Positions 16,057-23,964 of a stretch of 26,015 bases of DNA are shown piece by piece. The position numbers were made by a program, and so were the translations under genes. The DNA is taken from the UHGV virus genome UHGV-0203602. One strand, given 5' to 3'. Within the stretch, counting starts at the first letter, position 1. Every line of letters begins with the position of its first letter. Under the pieces are notes generated by a model. It did not search any database. It was given only the letters and a program-made list of their open reading frames with translations, and was not told where the DNA came from. Source of the stretch: a virus.

Positions 16057-16662
16057 TTATTGATGGTCAACAATCGGACCACTCCACACTTCTGACGTTT
16101 CCGGTGCGGTAAGATTAGCAGCCTGTGCAGATGGTACACACAGTAAAACTAACCCTTGCTTAGCAAGATAGTGCTGCATTCTTGCGGCCTGTACTGCGGT
16201 GTCCACAATAACGAGCTCAGCGCCACGTAGAAGCGCTAAAGCCGCTTGACCTTCTTGCGGTGTGGTAAACGCGTCTGAGTCGTCCAGAATGCGTTTGAGG
16301 CGGTTATACGCAAGTCCTGTAACGTTACAGTGTTCGGTACGTAAATCAACAACCATTTCGTTATAGACCCCCACAACCTGTTGCGTAGAGTTTGGATAAA
16401 AGCGAAACGAGGCACGACGACGCGCACGACGGACTTCAGAAATCGCACGTTGGAGTACCACTAATACGTACTTCGGTGCTGCGTCTGACGTCGGTCTACG
16501 CATCTTCGCTAACCGCGCTGCCAAATCGAGAACTTTCGTTAACGGGTAGCGGTGCTTAAACCCCTCCCGTTCAATCGTCACCCCACGCTTTGGTAGCTTA
16601 CCGGTTTTGTTGATATACGCCACCGTAATCAGCAGTAATGAGTCGAGAATCATCTCTGACAT
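16057..16662 (-). CDS. Hypothetical protein (201 aa)
   Basis: ATG at 16660-16662 with AGAGGG 7 nt upstream; no recognisable motif. Confidence 0.75.
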   Translation of the reverse strand: MSEMILDSLLLITVAYINKTGKLPKRGVTIEREGFKHRYPLTKVLDLAARLAKMRRPTSDAAPKYVLVVLQRAISEVRRARRRASFRFYPNSTQQVVGVYNEMVVDLRTEHCNVTGLAYNRLKRILDDSDAFTTPQEGQAALALLRGAELVIVDTAVQAARMQHYLAKQGLVLLCVPSAQAANLTAPETSEVWSGPIVDHQ

Positions 16663-16821
16663 CACAATACCCTCTTTAGAACCCCTCGAGAACAGCTTTC
16701 ACAAATTCATAAACCGTGCGTCGGTGTTCTTCAAGTGGATAAACAAACTTAGAATAATCGTTGTTCCAGACACCGGATAGAGGTCGCCATCACAACTTAA
16801 ATAGCTCTTACGAACCATGTA

Positions 16822-17046
16822 TTAATCTAAAGCTACACGGAAGTTTAACGACAGACTGCAGTGTTTACTACAAACGTATAGCTGGAGCGATTTCACACCG
16901 TCACGGGTTGGCGTTTCAATCGTTTCCGCATACAATACATCCGAACACTGTTCTATAACGCTAACGACATCTCTGAGGTTGTTGTGAGCATCAATGGTCG
17001 CTTTTCGGAGAGCGTCGGTGTATTGCTGAAGTTCTCGATAGAACAT
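16822..17046 (-). CDS. Possible small ORF (74 aa); existence and start uncertain
   Basis: Overlaps the 3' end of the upstream 210-aa gene by 94 nt in another frame; the only ORF in an otherwise empty stretch between 16663 and 16952. Confidence 0.3.
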   Translation of the reverse strand: MFYRELQQYTDALRKATIDAHNNLRDVVSVIEQCSDVLYAETIETPTRDGVKSLQLYVCSKHCSLSLNFRVALD

Positions 17047-17585
17047 CCTGCTAATCTCCTGTCTCTACCGTAAGGCAGAGGAAATGCTTTGTGTTCGTAT
17101 TCTGCAACGACGTAGGCAGGATAGAACAAAAGGTATTTATAGAACGTGGCTAATGTAACGTCTTTCGGGGTAGCTAGAAAGTAATTAAGGTCAGGGTTAT
17201 CTGGGAATGCAAAATGTAACCCAGTGTACACCTGACCGTGATATTCACCGTTAAAGGGCGTGACAGCACAACGGGGATGTGTTGGCTCAACGTGTAACCA
17301 ACGACTCCCTACGTGATAAACACCACGTACCGTCGCGTTTCGTGTTTTACCCAAATATCGGCAACGAATATTCTTTTCCCACGCAGCACGTTGCGTGGGA
17401 GAACCCAGAGAAACAAACCGTGTTAAAGCTTCAGGCGTAAAGTAATCAAAAATGCCGGTCGGTAAACACCAACACGCTTTATCGATTCGTACCACTCTCC
17501 AACCAGGACGAAAACCCACAGCGTAACGCTCTACACCAAAAGTATATCTAGACCCGTCATGAAACGGTACGAATCTTGCAGCCAT
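16953..17585 (-). CDS. Hypothetical protein (210 aa)
   Basis: ATG start 1 nt after the stop of the upstream GNAT gene. Confidence 0.75.
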   Translation of the reverse strand: MAARFVPFHDGSRYTFGVERYAVGFRPGWRVVRIDKACWCLPTGIFDYFTPEALTRFVSLGSPTQRAAWEKNIRCRYLGKTRNATVRGVYHVGSRWLHVEPTHPRCAVTPFNGEYHGQVYTGLHFAFPDNPDLNYFLATPKDVTLATFYKYLLFYPAYVVAEYEHKAFPLPYGRDRRLAGCSIENFSNTPTLSEKRPLMLTTTSEMSLAL

Positions 17586-17586
17586 T

Positions 17587-18054
17587 TTAGATTTCCTTTA
17601 TCATTTCCCTGCATTCGGTACGGAATCCCATTTTCTCATACAAGGAGATAGCTTTAACGTTGTTGTCTAACACATCCAGACTCATCCAACCACAACCTTT
17701 GGACTTTCCGTATTCACGGACTTTGTCCATAAGCGCACGCCCTACCCCTTGAGAGCGTGCTTCAGGAATCACATAGTAATTCCCGATGTAAACGAACGTG
17801 TCTTTTGAGCAAGAACCCAATGAGAACGTCATAAAGCCCAGAAGCTGTTCGTTGTCACCCACCGCACACGCACAGAGATAATCTTGAGGCCAAATCTCTT
17901 CTAAGCGTTCGATGGGGTTAAACGTGTCACGTCCAGTTAACTGACTAATACGCACTTTCTCTTCTGCGAACAACATGTTGTGCAGTTTGAGTACCTGGTC
18001 GCCGTATAACTTTCCGTATTTACTGTCGGGTTTGAGAATAATAGTAATACGCAT
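17587..18054 (-). CDS. GNAT-family N-acetyltransferase (155 aa)
   Basis: VIPEARSQGVGRALMDKV (motif A) and ISLYEKMGF (motif B); TAATG overlap with the upstream gene. Confidence 0.85.
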   Translation of the reverse strand: MRITIILKPDSKYGKLYGDQVLKLHNMLFAEEKVRISQLTGRDTFNPIERLEEIWPQDYLCACAVGDNEQLLGFMTFSLGSCSKDTFVYIGNYYVIPEARSQGVGRALMDKVREYGKSKGCGWMSLDVLDNNVKAISLYEKMGFRTECREMIKEI

Positions 18055-19187
18055 TATTTAACCTCAATCAGCGACAACCTGCACCATTCCAGTAAGCCTT
18101 CCGCAACACGCACTAACGAGGTAGTAAACGCATCTTCTAAACGCAGTGCGTTTTTATACCGAACGGTAGCGTCACGTAATTCACGACCGTCTAACGATTT
18201 CAACTCTTTTTTCATTCGCTGAATTTCATCGTAAATACCGGTATAACCAACACTACGACGCTTCGTACCACGCTGACGTAAAGCACGGATAATCTTTTCA
18301 ACGGCATCAAGAGCTGAACCGATTTCGTGTAAGTTCAGAGATTTGATTGTGTGGCCAAAATCACCGTCACGGGCAATCGCCCACTCAATCTTACCGTTGT
18401 TGTGTTCAACGACCACCACGTTACCTGGCCACGGATACGCTTTCACTGTTTTAAACGGATCGATAATACCGAACAACCCTGCACTACGTTTAATCGCCCA
18501 GTTCGTTGAGCGGCCTACTTTCTCCAAGCCACTCTCAGTAACTTTCTTGCTCTTACCGATAATGGTGCGCGTTTTAACGGTATACTCGTTGACCATCGCA
18601 TCCATTGCGTTCAGGTTCTTACTGAACTCAATACACGCTTTTACGTTAGGTTTGTCTTCTAAACAAACTTTGGTCGTCCAGCTTCCCGTGTCGCAGTCAA
18701 CCGGTTTTAAGGTGTCTTTGTCACCGATTAAACTTAGACGAGCATTTAACTTTTGCAGTTTGCGCTCTAAGGTCGTCGCTTTAGACGTCGCTTCTTTTAA
18801 TTCCTTAATGACTTCTTTACCCGCAACTTCGGCAAAATCCACAAAACGTAAAGCAAGTTGTTTGGAATGTTTACCTGCGAAGTTCGCTGACGCTTTTGCA
18901 CCTGCACTGGCAGCACGTCCTGCTACCCGACTTACGCCACGAACCGCACGTCCGGTGAGTCGCGCCGCCGCTTTGCCTATCCCTTTATCAGGTTCCGTGT
19001 CTGACAAAAACTGCGCACGATGCATCATGGCCGCAGACTCTGACGCAACAACCACATCATCCAAAAGCCAACGTTTACGGATAGCAACGATAGCCGGATA
19101 ATTATCTTTTACTCCAATGGATTCTAACGCTACGAGTCGGTCGTAATCGTCACAAAGCACTTCTAAGTCGCTATCTAACGTTGACAT
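18054..19187 (-). CDS. Hypothetical protein (377 aa) with a low-complexity R/A/G-rich segment
   Basis: Long ORF; weak RBS; no recognisable motif. Confidence 0.75.
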   Translation of the reverse strand: MSTLDSDLEVLCDDYDRLVALESIGVKDNYPAIVAIRKRWLLDDVVVASESAAMMHRAQFLSDTEPDKGIGKAAARLTGRAVRGVSRVAGRAASAGAKASANFAGKHSKQLALRFVDFAEVAGKEVIKELKEATSKATTLERKLQKLNARLSLIGDKDTLKPVDCDTGSWTTKVCLEDKPNVKACIEFSKNLNAMDAMVNEYTVKTRTIIGKSKKVTESGLEKVGRSTNWAIKRSAGLFGIIDPFKTVKAYPWPGNVVVVEHNNGKIEWAIARDGDFGHTIKSLNLHEIGSALDAVEKIIRALRQRGTKRRSVGYTGIYDEIQRMKKELKSLDGRELRDATVRYKNALRLEDAFTTSLVRVAEGLLEWCRLSLIEVK

Positions 19188-19337
19188 GATAATTTACTCG
19201 TTTGCTTTGATCTTACTTTTACCCAGTTCACCCTGCTAACGGATACGCAGTAACTTCTGTTCCCATCACACGGTGAATCGCTGAACTCAACTACGACGCT
19301 TATCGAGGTTTCCTTTGTAAAGCGGTTAAAGTCAAGT

Positions 19338-19892
19338 TCATAATAAACGAAGACTTTCCAACCACTTATCTCGATCGGCGGTATGGTAGTAACAAGGAAC
19401 GTCGACTGACTTCGCATATTTTACACCCATCGCAGTACCACCTTTTGCGTTTCCGTGTTTGTCGTGGTCGCTGAAATAATAGACTGCGTCTACCGGTTCG
19501 TCTAAACGGTCACCTGCGATGATATTCAGATTACGACCGTGTAACGCCCAGGCAATCGGTGAGAGCTTATCTGGGTTTGGGTGAAGTGAAGCAACAACAG
19601 CTCGGTACTGCACGTCTTGTGGGATATAACGGAACTCTACTTTAGGGTGTATTTTCCCTAGCCACATTTTCTTTTCATCCGGCAGGTAACAAACGCTCTT
19701 AACGTCCTCGGTGCGTGCTAACATGAACTGAAGTTGGTCTGGGCCTTTATAACACCCTCCAGAACGGGTGGTAATCGTGTAGCCTTTCTTTCGTAAGATT
19801 CGAAACCCTTCCCGTAACGTTTCCAACATTTCCTGCATAACGTCTTCCGGTGTTTCTCGAGACCCGATGATCGCGATTTTATATTCTTTCAT
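19338..19892 (-). CDS. SLOG-superfamily (DprA/Smf- or DUF2493-like) Rossmann-fold protein, about 184 aa
   Basis: KIAIIGSRE (beta-strand plus Gly-rich loop typical of DprA/LOG-like folds), TTRSGGC and a later GGTAMG element; start placed at ATG 19890-19892 (GGAGG 5 nt upstream) rather than the track's 19904. Confidence 0.45.
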   Translation of the reverse strand: MKEYKIAIIGSRETPEDVMQEMLETLREGFRILRKKGYTITTRSGGCYKGPDQLQFMLARTEDVKSVCYLPDEKKMWLGKIHPKVEFRYIPQDVQYRAVVASLHPNPDKLSPIAWALHGRNLNIIAGDRLDEPVDAVYYFSDHDKHGNAKGGTAMGVKYAKSVDVPCYYHTADRDKWLESLRLL

Positions 19893-19919
19893 GGTCACCT
19901 CCATAAAGACCGTCGATAA

Positions 19920-19964
19920 TGAAAAAAAAAAGAAAAGTAGAGAGAGCCCGAAAGCTCTCTCTAC
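19920..19964 (-). terminator. Intrinsic terminator
   Basis: 11-bp perfect stem gtagagagagc / gctctctctac with a ccgaaa loop; poly-T on the minus strand (CTTTTCTTTTTTTTTTC). Confidence 0.8.
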
Positions 19965-19976
19965 CCACCGTTACTA

Positions 19977-20615
19977 TTACATTTCCAGGCCGCTTAAGAC
20001 GACTGTCTCAACCAACGCCTGGCCCATCCACACTTCTAACTCACCGTCCAAATCAGCCAATGGTTTCTTGTTCAGTTCGTTATTGTAATCAAGACCGTCT
20101 AATGTCGTGTCGTTAATCACCTGCCCTAAGTGTAGAGGTAAGATGAATCGGTTTCTCGCACTATAAATAAAAGAGTCACACTCGTAAACAACCACATACC
20201 GTTCGATAGACTCGTCAAACTCAACGTGACACTGTGAACCGGTGTCCCAAGCGCGCGATATCACCATACCTCGGCCTTGGCACATTTTCTCTACAGCGAC
20301 TTTAGCGGAAGCTGCCCACGTATCGTAGTTCTTAGGTTGACCGTTTTCGAAATCAAACCAATCCAGATACTTGGCAGGAATCTCAAGGAAGTCGTTCAGT
20401 TGAAGCTTTGTGTAGGTAATCAGTACCGCATCGTTTATGTCGTTACGGTTCGTTAACTTTACCTTATAGCGTCCTTCCGGTGTTGGGGCACCGACGAGCG
20501 TAACGTCTACCTTTTCAGCCGAAAGCTTTTTCCGTACACTGTCGCTGTTACAATAACTAACGAGATTAAGTAAGTTCTGTCTGTGGCCAACGTCGAAATC
20601 AATTACAAAAGACAT
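19977..20615 (-). CDS. Hypothetical protein (about 212 aa)
   Basis: Start placed at ATG 20613-20615 (GGAG 5 nt upstream; protein begins MSFVIDFDV) rather than the track's GTG at 20639. Confidence 0.7.
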   Translation of the reverse strand: MSFVIDFDVGHRQNLLNLVSYCNSDSVRKKLSAEKVDVTLVGAPTPEGRYKVKLTNRNDINDAVLITYTKLQLNDFLEIPAKYLDWFDFENGQPKNYDTWAASAKVAVEKMCQGRGMVISRAWDTGSQCHVEFDESIERYVVVYECDSFIYSARNRFILPLHLGQVINDTTLDGLDYNNELNKKPLADLDGELEVWMGQALVETVVLSGLEM

Positions 20616-20638
20616 ACGAACTCCGTGGGGGCTAATCA

Positions 20639-21028
20639 CTAATACCCGTATAACGGATAACGTGCTGTGATTTCATCACCCGCATAAAAGGTTAAACGTT
20701 GTATATTAATGTTTTTATTCGTGTAAGGTACGGTTTCTAACGTCACCTTAACCATTGCAGAGCAGCTACCCGGATCAACAAACTGATAAGTTCGACGTTT
20801 GATATTCACCAGATAAAATCCACCCGCAGGGCATAAGTCCGTTTTGCCGTAATTCACCACTGCAAACTCATCGTTTTGAACCGCAGTGACGGGTTGGTCG
20901 TCTGCTTTAAACACGACCGGTTTATCACCAGGAACGGCGGGTTCGTAACGACTGATATCGTAAGGTTTAAAATCCGCTAATACAGAAAACGAAAGTAACA
21001 TTAGAAATGGAGTAATAAAACGTTTCAT
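20639..21028 (-). CDS. Secreted/periplasmic protein (129 aa) with signal peptide
   Basis: MKRFITPFLMLLSFSVLADF: classic N-terminal signal sequence; two Cys in the mature part. Confidence 0.7.
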   Translation of the reverse strand: MKRFITPFLMLLSFSVLADFKPYDISRYEPAVPGDKPVVFKADDQPVTAVQNDEFAVVNYGKTDLCPAGGFYLVNIKRRTYQFVDPGSCSAMVKVTLETVPYTNKNINIQRLTFYAGDEITARYPLYGY

Positions 21029-21504
21029 CAGTTTACCTCATCGAGATAAACACGAAGCCAAGGCATTGACTCCAAACGCGGCATCATATTCCGTGTGTTC
21101 GGAGACCAACGCAATGACTCGTGGTATTTCTTTTTGAAACGTTCCCAGTGATACGAGAACGGTTTGGGTTGAAAACCACGCTCTTTAAGCACTTCTTCCC
21201 AAACCAGGTCTTTAATGAAATCGTCAACTAACATTAACACCAGCACTTTCCATTTACTCCGGCGGTAGTGTCGTTGAAAACACTTACGGAGTTCTGAAAA
21301 GTCTTCTCGTTTACTGGAACGTACTACTGGGACAGCTTTCTCTTTATATTGCGAACAATGGCTGTGTTGTACGATCTTAACCGGAACGCCCCGAACCTTA
21401 CCAGCTTGAATATCCAGTTCGTGTGCGGGGACGATTTCAACACAACGTAATGCTTTTGCTCGATTGTCTTCTAAGCACCGCGTCTCATATTCGACACGTA
21501 TCAT
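21028..21504 (-). CDS. Hypothetical basic protein (158 aa)
   Basis: ATGA overlap with the downstream gene; no recognisable motif. Confidence 0.7.
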   Translation of the reverse strand: MIRVEYETRCLEDNRAKALRCVEIVPAHELDIQAGKVRGVPVKIVQHSHCSQYKEKAVPVVRSSKREDFSELRKCFQRHYRRSKWKVLVLMLVDDFIKDLVWEEVLKERGFQPKPFSYHWERFKKKYHESLRWSPNTRNMMPRLESMPWLRVYLDEVN

Positions 21505-21520
21505 TTTAGACTCTCAACGG

Positions 21521-21997
21521 TTAATAAATTTTATCCGCAACAGAGAGAAAGATGGGCGTGTTTTCGATAAAATCCACCAAATATCCTTCTTCCGGCGGGG
21601 CGTATGACGAAACAACGTTACCGTTCGTCATACGAAAATACCGACGAGAGTCGCTGGCGATATACCAACGGTCAATCTGGTAGCCTTTTTTCGAAAAGAA
21701 ACACAGGCCGTCAATGTTCGAAGGGTGGACACGACACGTCACCATTTGACGATCGGAATTCAGTTGAACGTACTGCAATAAGAACGAACCCACACCGAAA
21801 CGTCGAGAACCTTCTGCTACCACCAGATAGATAAGATTACCCGGTTCCCAAATTGCAATACCGTGCGTAATGTCATCTTCTACCGCTAAGGTAATGCGAA
21901 CAGGTGTTTCGCGTATCGAGTTTAAGTCTTTGATGTATTCGCGTAATTGTGGAAATTTAGCGGAGATTTTATCTTCAGTAATATCTAACTGCTGCAT
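21521..21997 (-). CDS. GNAT-like acetyltransferase (158 aa)
   Basis: LVVAEGSRRFGVGSFLLQYV (R-x-x-G-x-G/A-like motif A) and GLCFFSKKGY (motif B-like). Confidence 0.55.
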   Translation of the reverse strand: MQQLDITEDKISAKFPQLREYIKDLNSIRETPVRITLAVEDDITHGIAIWEPGNLIYLVVAEGSRRFGVGSFLLQYVQLNSDRQMVTCRVHPSNIDGLCFFSKKGYQIDRWYIASDSRRYFRMTNGNVVSSYAPPEEGYLVDFIENTPIFLSVADKIY

Positions 21998-22650
21998 TAT
22001 TGTTCCCCAATTGACATAACGTTATTAACGAATTCAGCCCACGTAGTGTTCTCGCCGGAAGTAAATAAACTGCTAAGCGGAACGTTTCGGTGCTTTGGAA
22101 TAACCGCATCGAGTTTATTTACTGGAACTTCGCTCCATAGCGCCCAGCCGTACAACCCCTCCACCGTTTTTCTCTCACCACGCAATACTGGTACCCACCA
22201 AGCAAACTGTACGAATCTTTTACCGCGACAAATTTTGAGGGTGGTGGTAAAACCGTGGTCTAACATCCGTACGTCATCAACCTTACAGTTAATTGAGAAA
22301 AGACCGTAGTGGGTAAGTAATCTTCTTATCTGAAACGTCAGCTCAATCTGGTAACTCCTCAGTTTATCGTTGTCCACATAAACCCGGCCTTTCCCAACCC
22401 CGATTCCTTTCTGTTCTAAATACTCTGCGATTAGCGCAGACGTGCTCCCTTCTACACCAGGGCAATCTAATCCGCCAGATAAAGGTACTGCATTATAATA
22501 ACGATGCAGCGTCTCCTGGAAAGCCGTCAGCACAAATTCCTCGTCTTTAATAAAATCGATGACCTCCCCATTAGAGGCGGACAACGGGGCAAGCTTCAAT
22601 TCCCAGATAGGAATCAGTAGCGTTCTGGTCATTAAACGTAGTGGTTCCAT
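21997..22650 (-). CDS. Hypothetical protein (217 aa)
   Basis: Strong RBS AAGGAG; first gene after the terminator at 22685-22734; contains SGGLDC, a weak PP-loop-like string that I do not trust. Confidence 0.75.
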   Translation of the reverse strand: MEPLRLMTRTLLIPIWELKLAPLSASNGEVIDFIKDEEFVLTAFQETLHRYYNAVPLSGGLDCPGVEGSTSALIAEYLEQKGIGVGKGRVYVDNDKLRSYQIELTFQIRRLLTHYGLFSINCKVDDVRMLDHGFTTTLKICRGKRFVQFAWWVPVLRGERKTVEGLYGWALWSEVPVNKLDAVIPKHRNVPLSSLFTSGENTTWAEFVNNVMSIGEQ

Positions 22651-22684
22651 GATAAGTCTCCTTGTTCAAGTCTCACAGTATGAT

Positions 22685-22734
22685 CAAAAATTGTAAAATA
22701 AAAAGAAGAAAACCTCTACCCGAAGGTAGAGGTT
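22685..22734 (-). terminator. Intrinsic terminator
   Basis: aacctctacc-cgaa-ggtagaggtt (C(UUCG)G loop on the transcript) followed on the minus strand by TTTTCTTCTTTTTATTTTAC. Confidence 0.75.
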
Positions 22735-22738
22735 GGTT

Positions 22739-23317
22739 TTATTTCGTTGTCTTTGTTTCCGTCTTCGCGACGATCTGACCTGATTTCTCAAGTTTCTTCT
22801 CGACAACTTTGGTAGCAATCTCCAACGACTTGTAAGCCAATGTTTTAATCGGCCACGTTGCAAATACTACCAGTCCGAACAGCGGAAGTAAGGATACAAA
22901 CAACACTTCCATGCTGTCTTTTGGAAAGTTCTGATGAGTGTCGTACGCTAAGAAGCCTGTCACGACCACAGTGGCGAGTGCAAGCAGAACAATAATGAAC
23001 TTCTGTGCACCGGCAAGTTTTGGCCACAGCGTCAACATCGTTTCTTTGCTTACTTCGTCACCTAAACTCTCTACAGCATTTGTGGCTTGCTGCTGAAAGT
23101 TTTCCGCCATCTTTCCAATGTTCTCAAGAAGCGTTGGGCGTAGCTCCGACAGAATCTTTGTACCTGACCGCGTTACGTCTACAGAGACGTCGTCACCGAA
23201 GTTGTCTTTGAGAATCTTAGACAGTTCTTCGGACTGCTCTTTACTTAACTTTCTGTTCCCTGCTTGGATAAGAATGTCAAGAATTGCGGCTGACACGTCT
23301 TGTGTTGGTTGCGACAT
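22739..23317 (-). CDS. Membrane protein (192 aa) with two C-terminal transmembrane helices
   Basis: FIIVLLALATVVVTGFLAY and LLPLFGLVVFATWPI hydrophobic segments; RBS GGAGG. Confidence 0.75.
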   Translation of the reverse strand: MSQPTQDVSAAILDILIQAGNRKLSKEQSEELSKILKDNFGDDVSVDVTRSGTKILSELRPTLLENIGKMAENFQQQATNAVESLGDEVSKETMLTLWPKLAGAQKFIIVLLALATVVVTGFLAYDTHQNFPKDSMEVLFVSLLPLFGLVVFATWPIKTLAYKSLEIATKVVEKKLEKSGQIVAKTETKTTK

Positions 23318-23319
23318 CG

Positions 23320-23964
23320 CTATTTCCTCCGACGTCTTCTCCGCCGTTTTGCTGCCTTAGCAGACTTTTGTTTTGGCGGTAGGAGACTATTCAAGTTTAA
23401 CAGGTTTACCCTGACAAAGATATTCCCCACCGCCACGGCATCGATACTGTGCTCATCCAACGTTGTAATGTCAAACAACGCGTGGTCGCGATACAGCTTC
23501 GTTACGGCACGAAACATATCTGTTTTGTCCGTTCCTTTCGCTTCCACACCGACGAATGATTTTACAATAATCGGATTAAACCCGTGTAGCACTTTCTCTG
23601 GAAAGACGTCCCATAACGCTCGTCTTAACATCAGCTGTAACTCAACGCCCGATTCGTAGGCAGAGAGTTTCGCCCGCCGCATAAACGGCGTTTCTGTTGC
23701 AACAAACGTCGGACGCGCAATCCGAAGAAACTCACGGTAGCACGCTTCGAGTTTTACTAAGCGATCGTCGCGTTTACCGACACACTCTGCAAACGCACTT
23801 GGATGTGTTGGGTCTAATACGTGCATGGTATCAGCCCACACCACTTCGGCTTGGTCGCTGCCATATTCCCAATCCAGCACCGCCATCCCGAGATGGCTCG
23901 TACCGGGGTCTATCGCCGCGATCCTGACCATTTTATCGGGAAGTCTCGGCTCAGGAATCAACAT
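23320..23964 (-). CDS. RuvC-like Holliday-junction resolvase with poly-arginine C-terminal tail
   Basis: VRIAAIDPGTSHLGMAVL (RuvC motif I with catalytic Asp), FVATETPF (Glu) and HSIDAVAVG (DA-D motif); C-terminus KAAKRRRRRRRK. True start may be the internal ATG at 23931 (MVRIAAIDPG). Confidence 0.75.
   Translation of the reverse strand: MLIPEPRLPDKMVRIAAIDPGTSHLGMAVLDWEYGSDQAEVVWADTMHVLDPTHPSAFAECVGKRDDRLVKLEACYREFLRIARPTFVATETPFMRRAKLSAYESGVELQLMLRRALWDVFPEKVLHGFNPIIVKSFVGVEAKGTDKTDMFRAVTKLYRDHALFDITTLDEHSIDAVAVGNIFVRVNLLNLNSLLPPKQKSAKAAKRRRRRRRK
23375..23392. repeat. 18-bp exact repeat GGCGGTAGGAGACTATTC, copy B (inside the 3' end of the RuvC-like CDS)
   Basis: Identical to 5512-5529; here it encodes ...NSLLPPKQK. 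Confidence 0.8.

Noticed and set aside
16236-16448. 70-aa minus-strand ORF nested inside the 201-aa gene
   Set aside because: Out-of-frame and internal to a longer ORF with a good RBS; the R/K-rich translation is typical of an alternate-frame artefact.
18343-19101. 252-aa plus-strand ORF
   Set aside because: Antisense to the 377-aa minus-strand gene; the translation is low-complexity (S/T/A/L/P-rich) and all neighbours are minus-strand.
19175-19417. 80-aa minus-strand ORF
   Set aside because: Overlaps the 3' end of the SLOG-like gene and the 5' end of the 377-aa gene in other frames; Cys/Ser-rich implausible sequence.
21997-22650. Possible PP-loop (SGGxDS-like) ATP-pyrophosphatase motif in the 217-aa protein
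   Set aside because: Only a SGGLDC string is present, with Cys replacing the conserved Ser/Thr and an atypical following insertion; too weak to call without a profile search.
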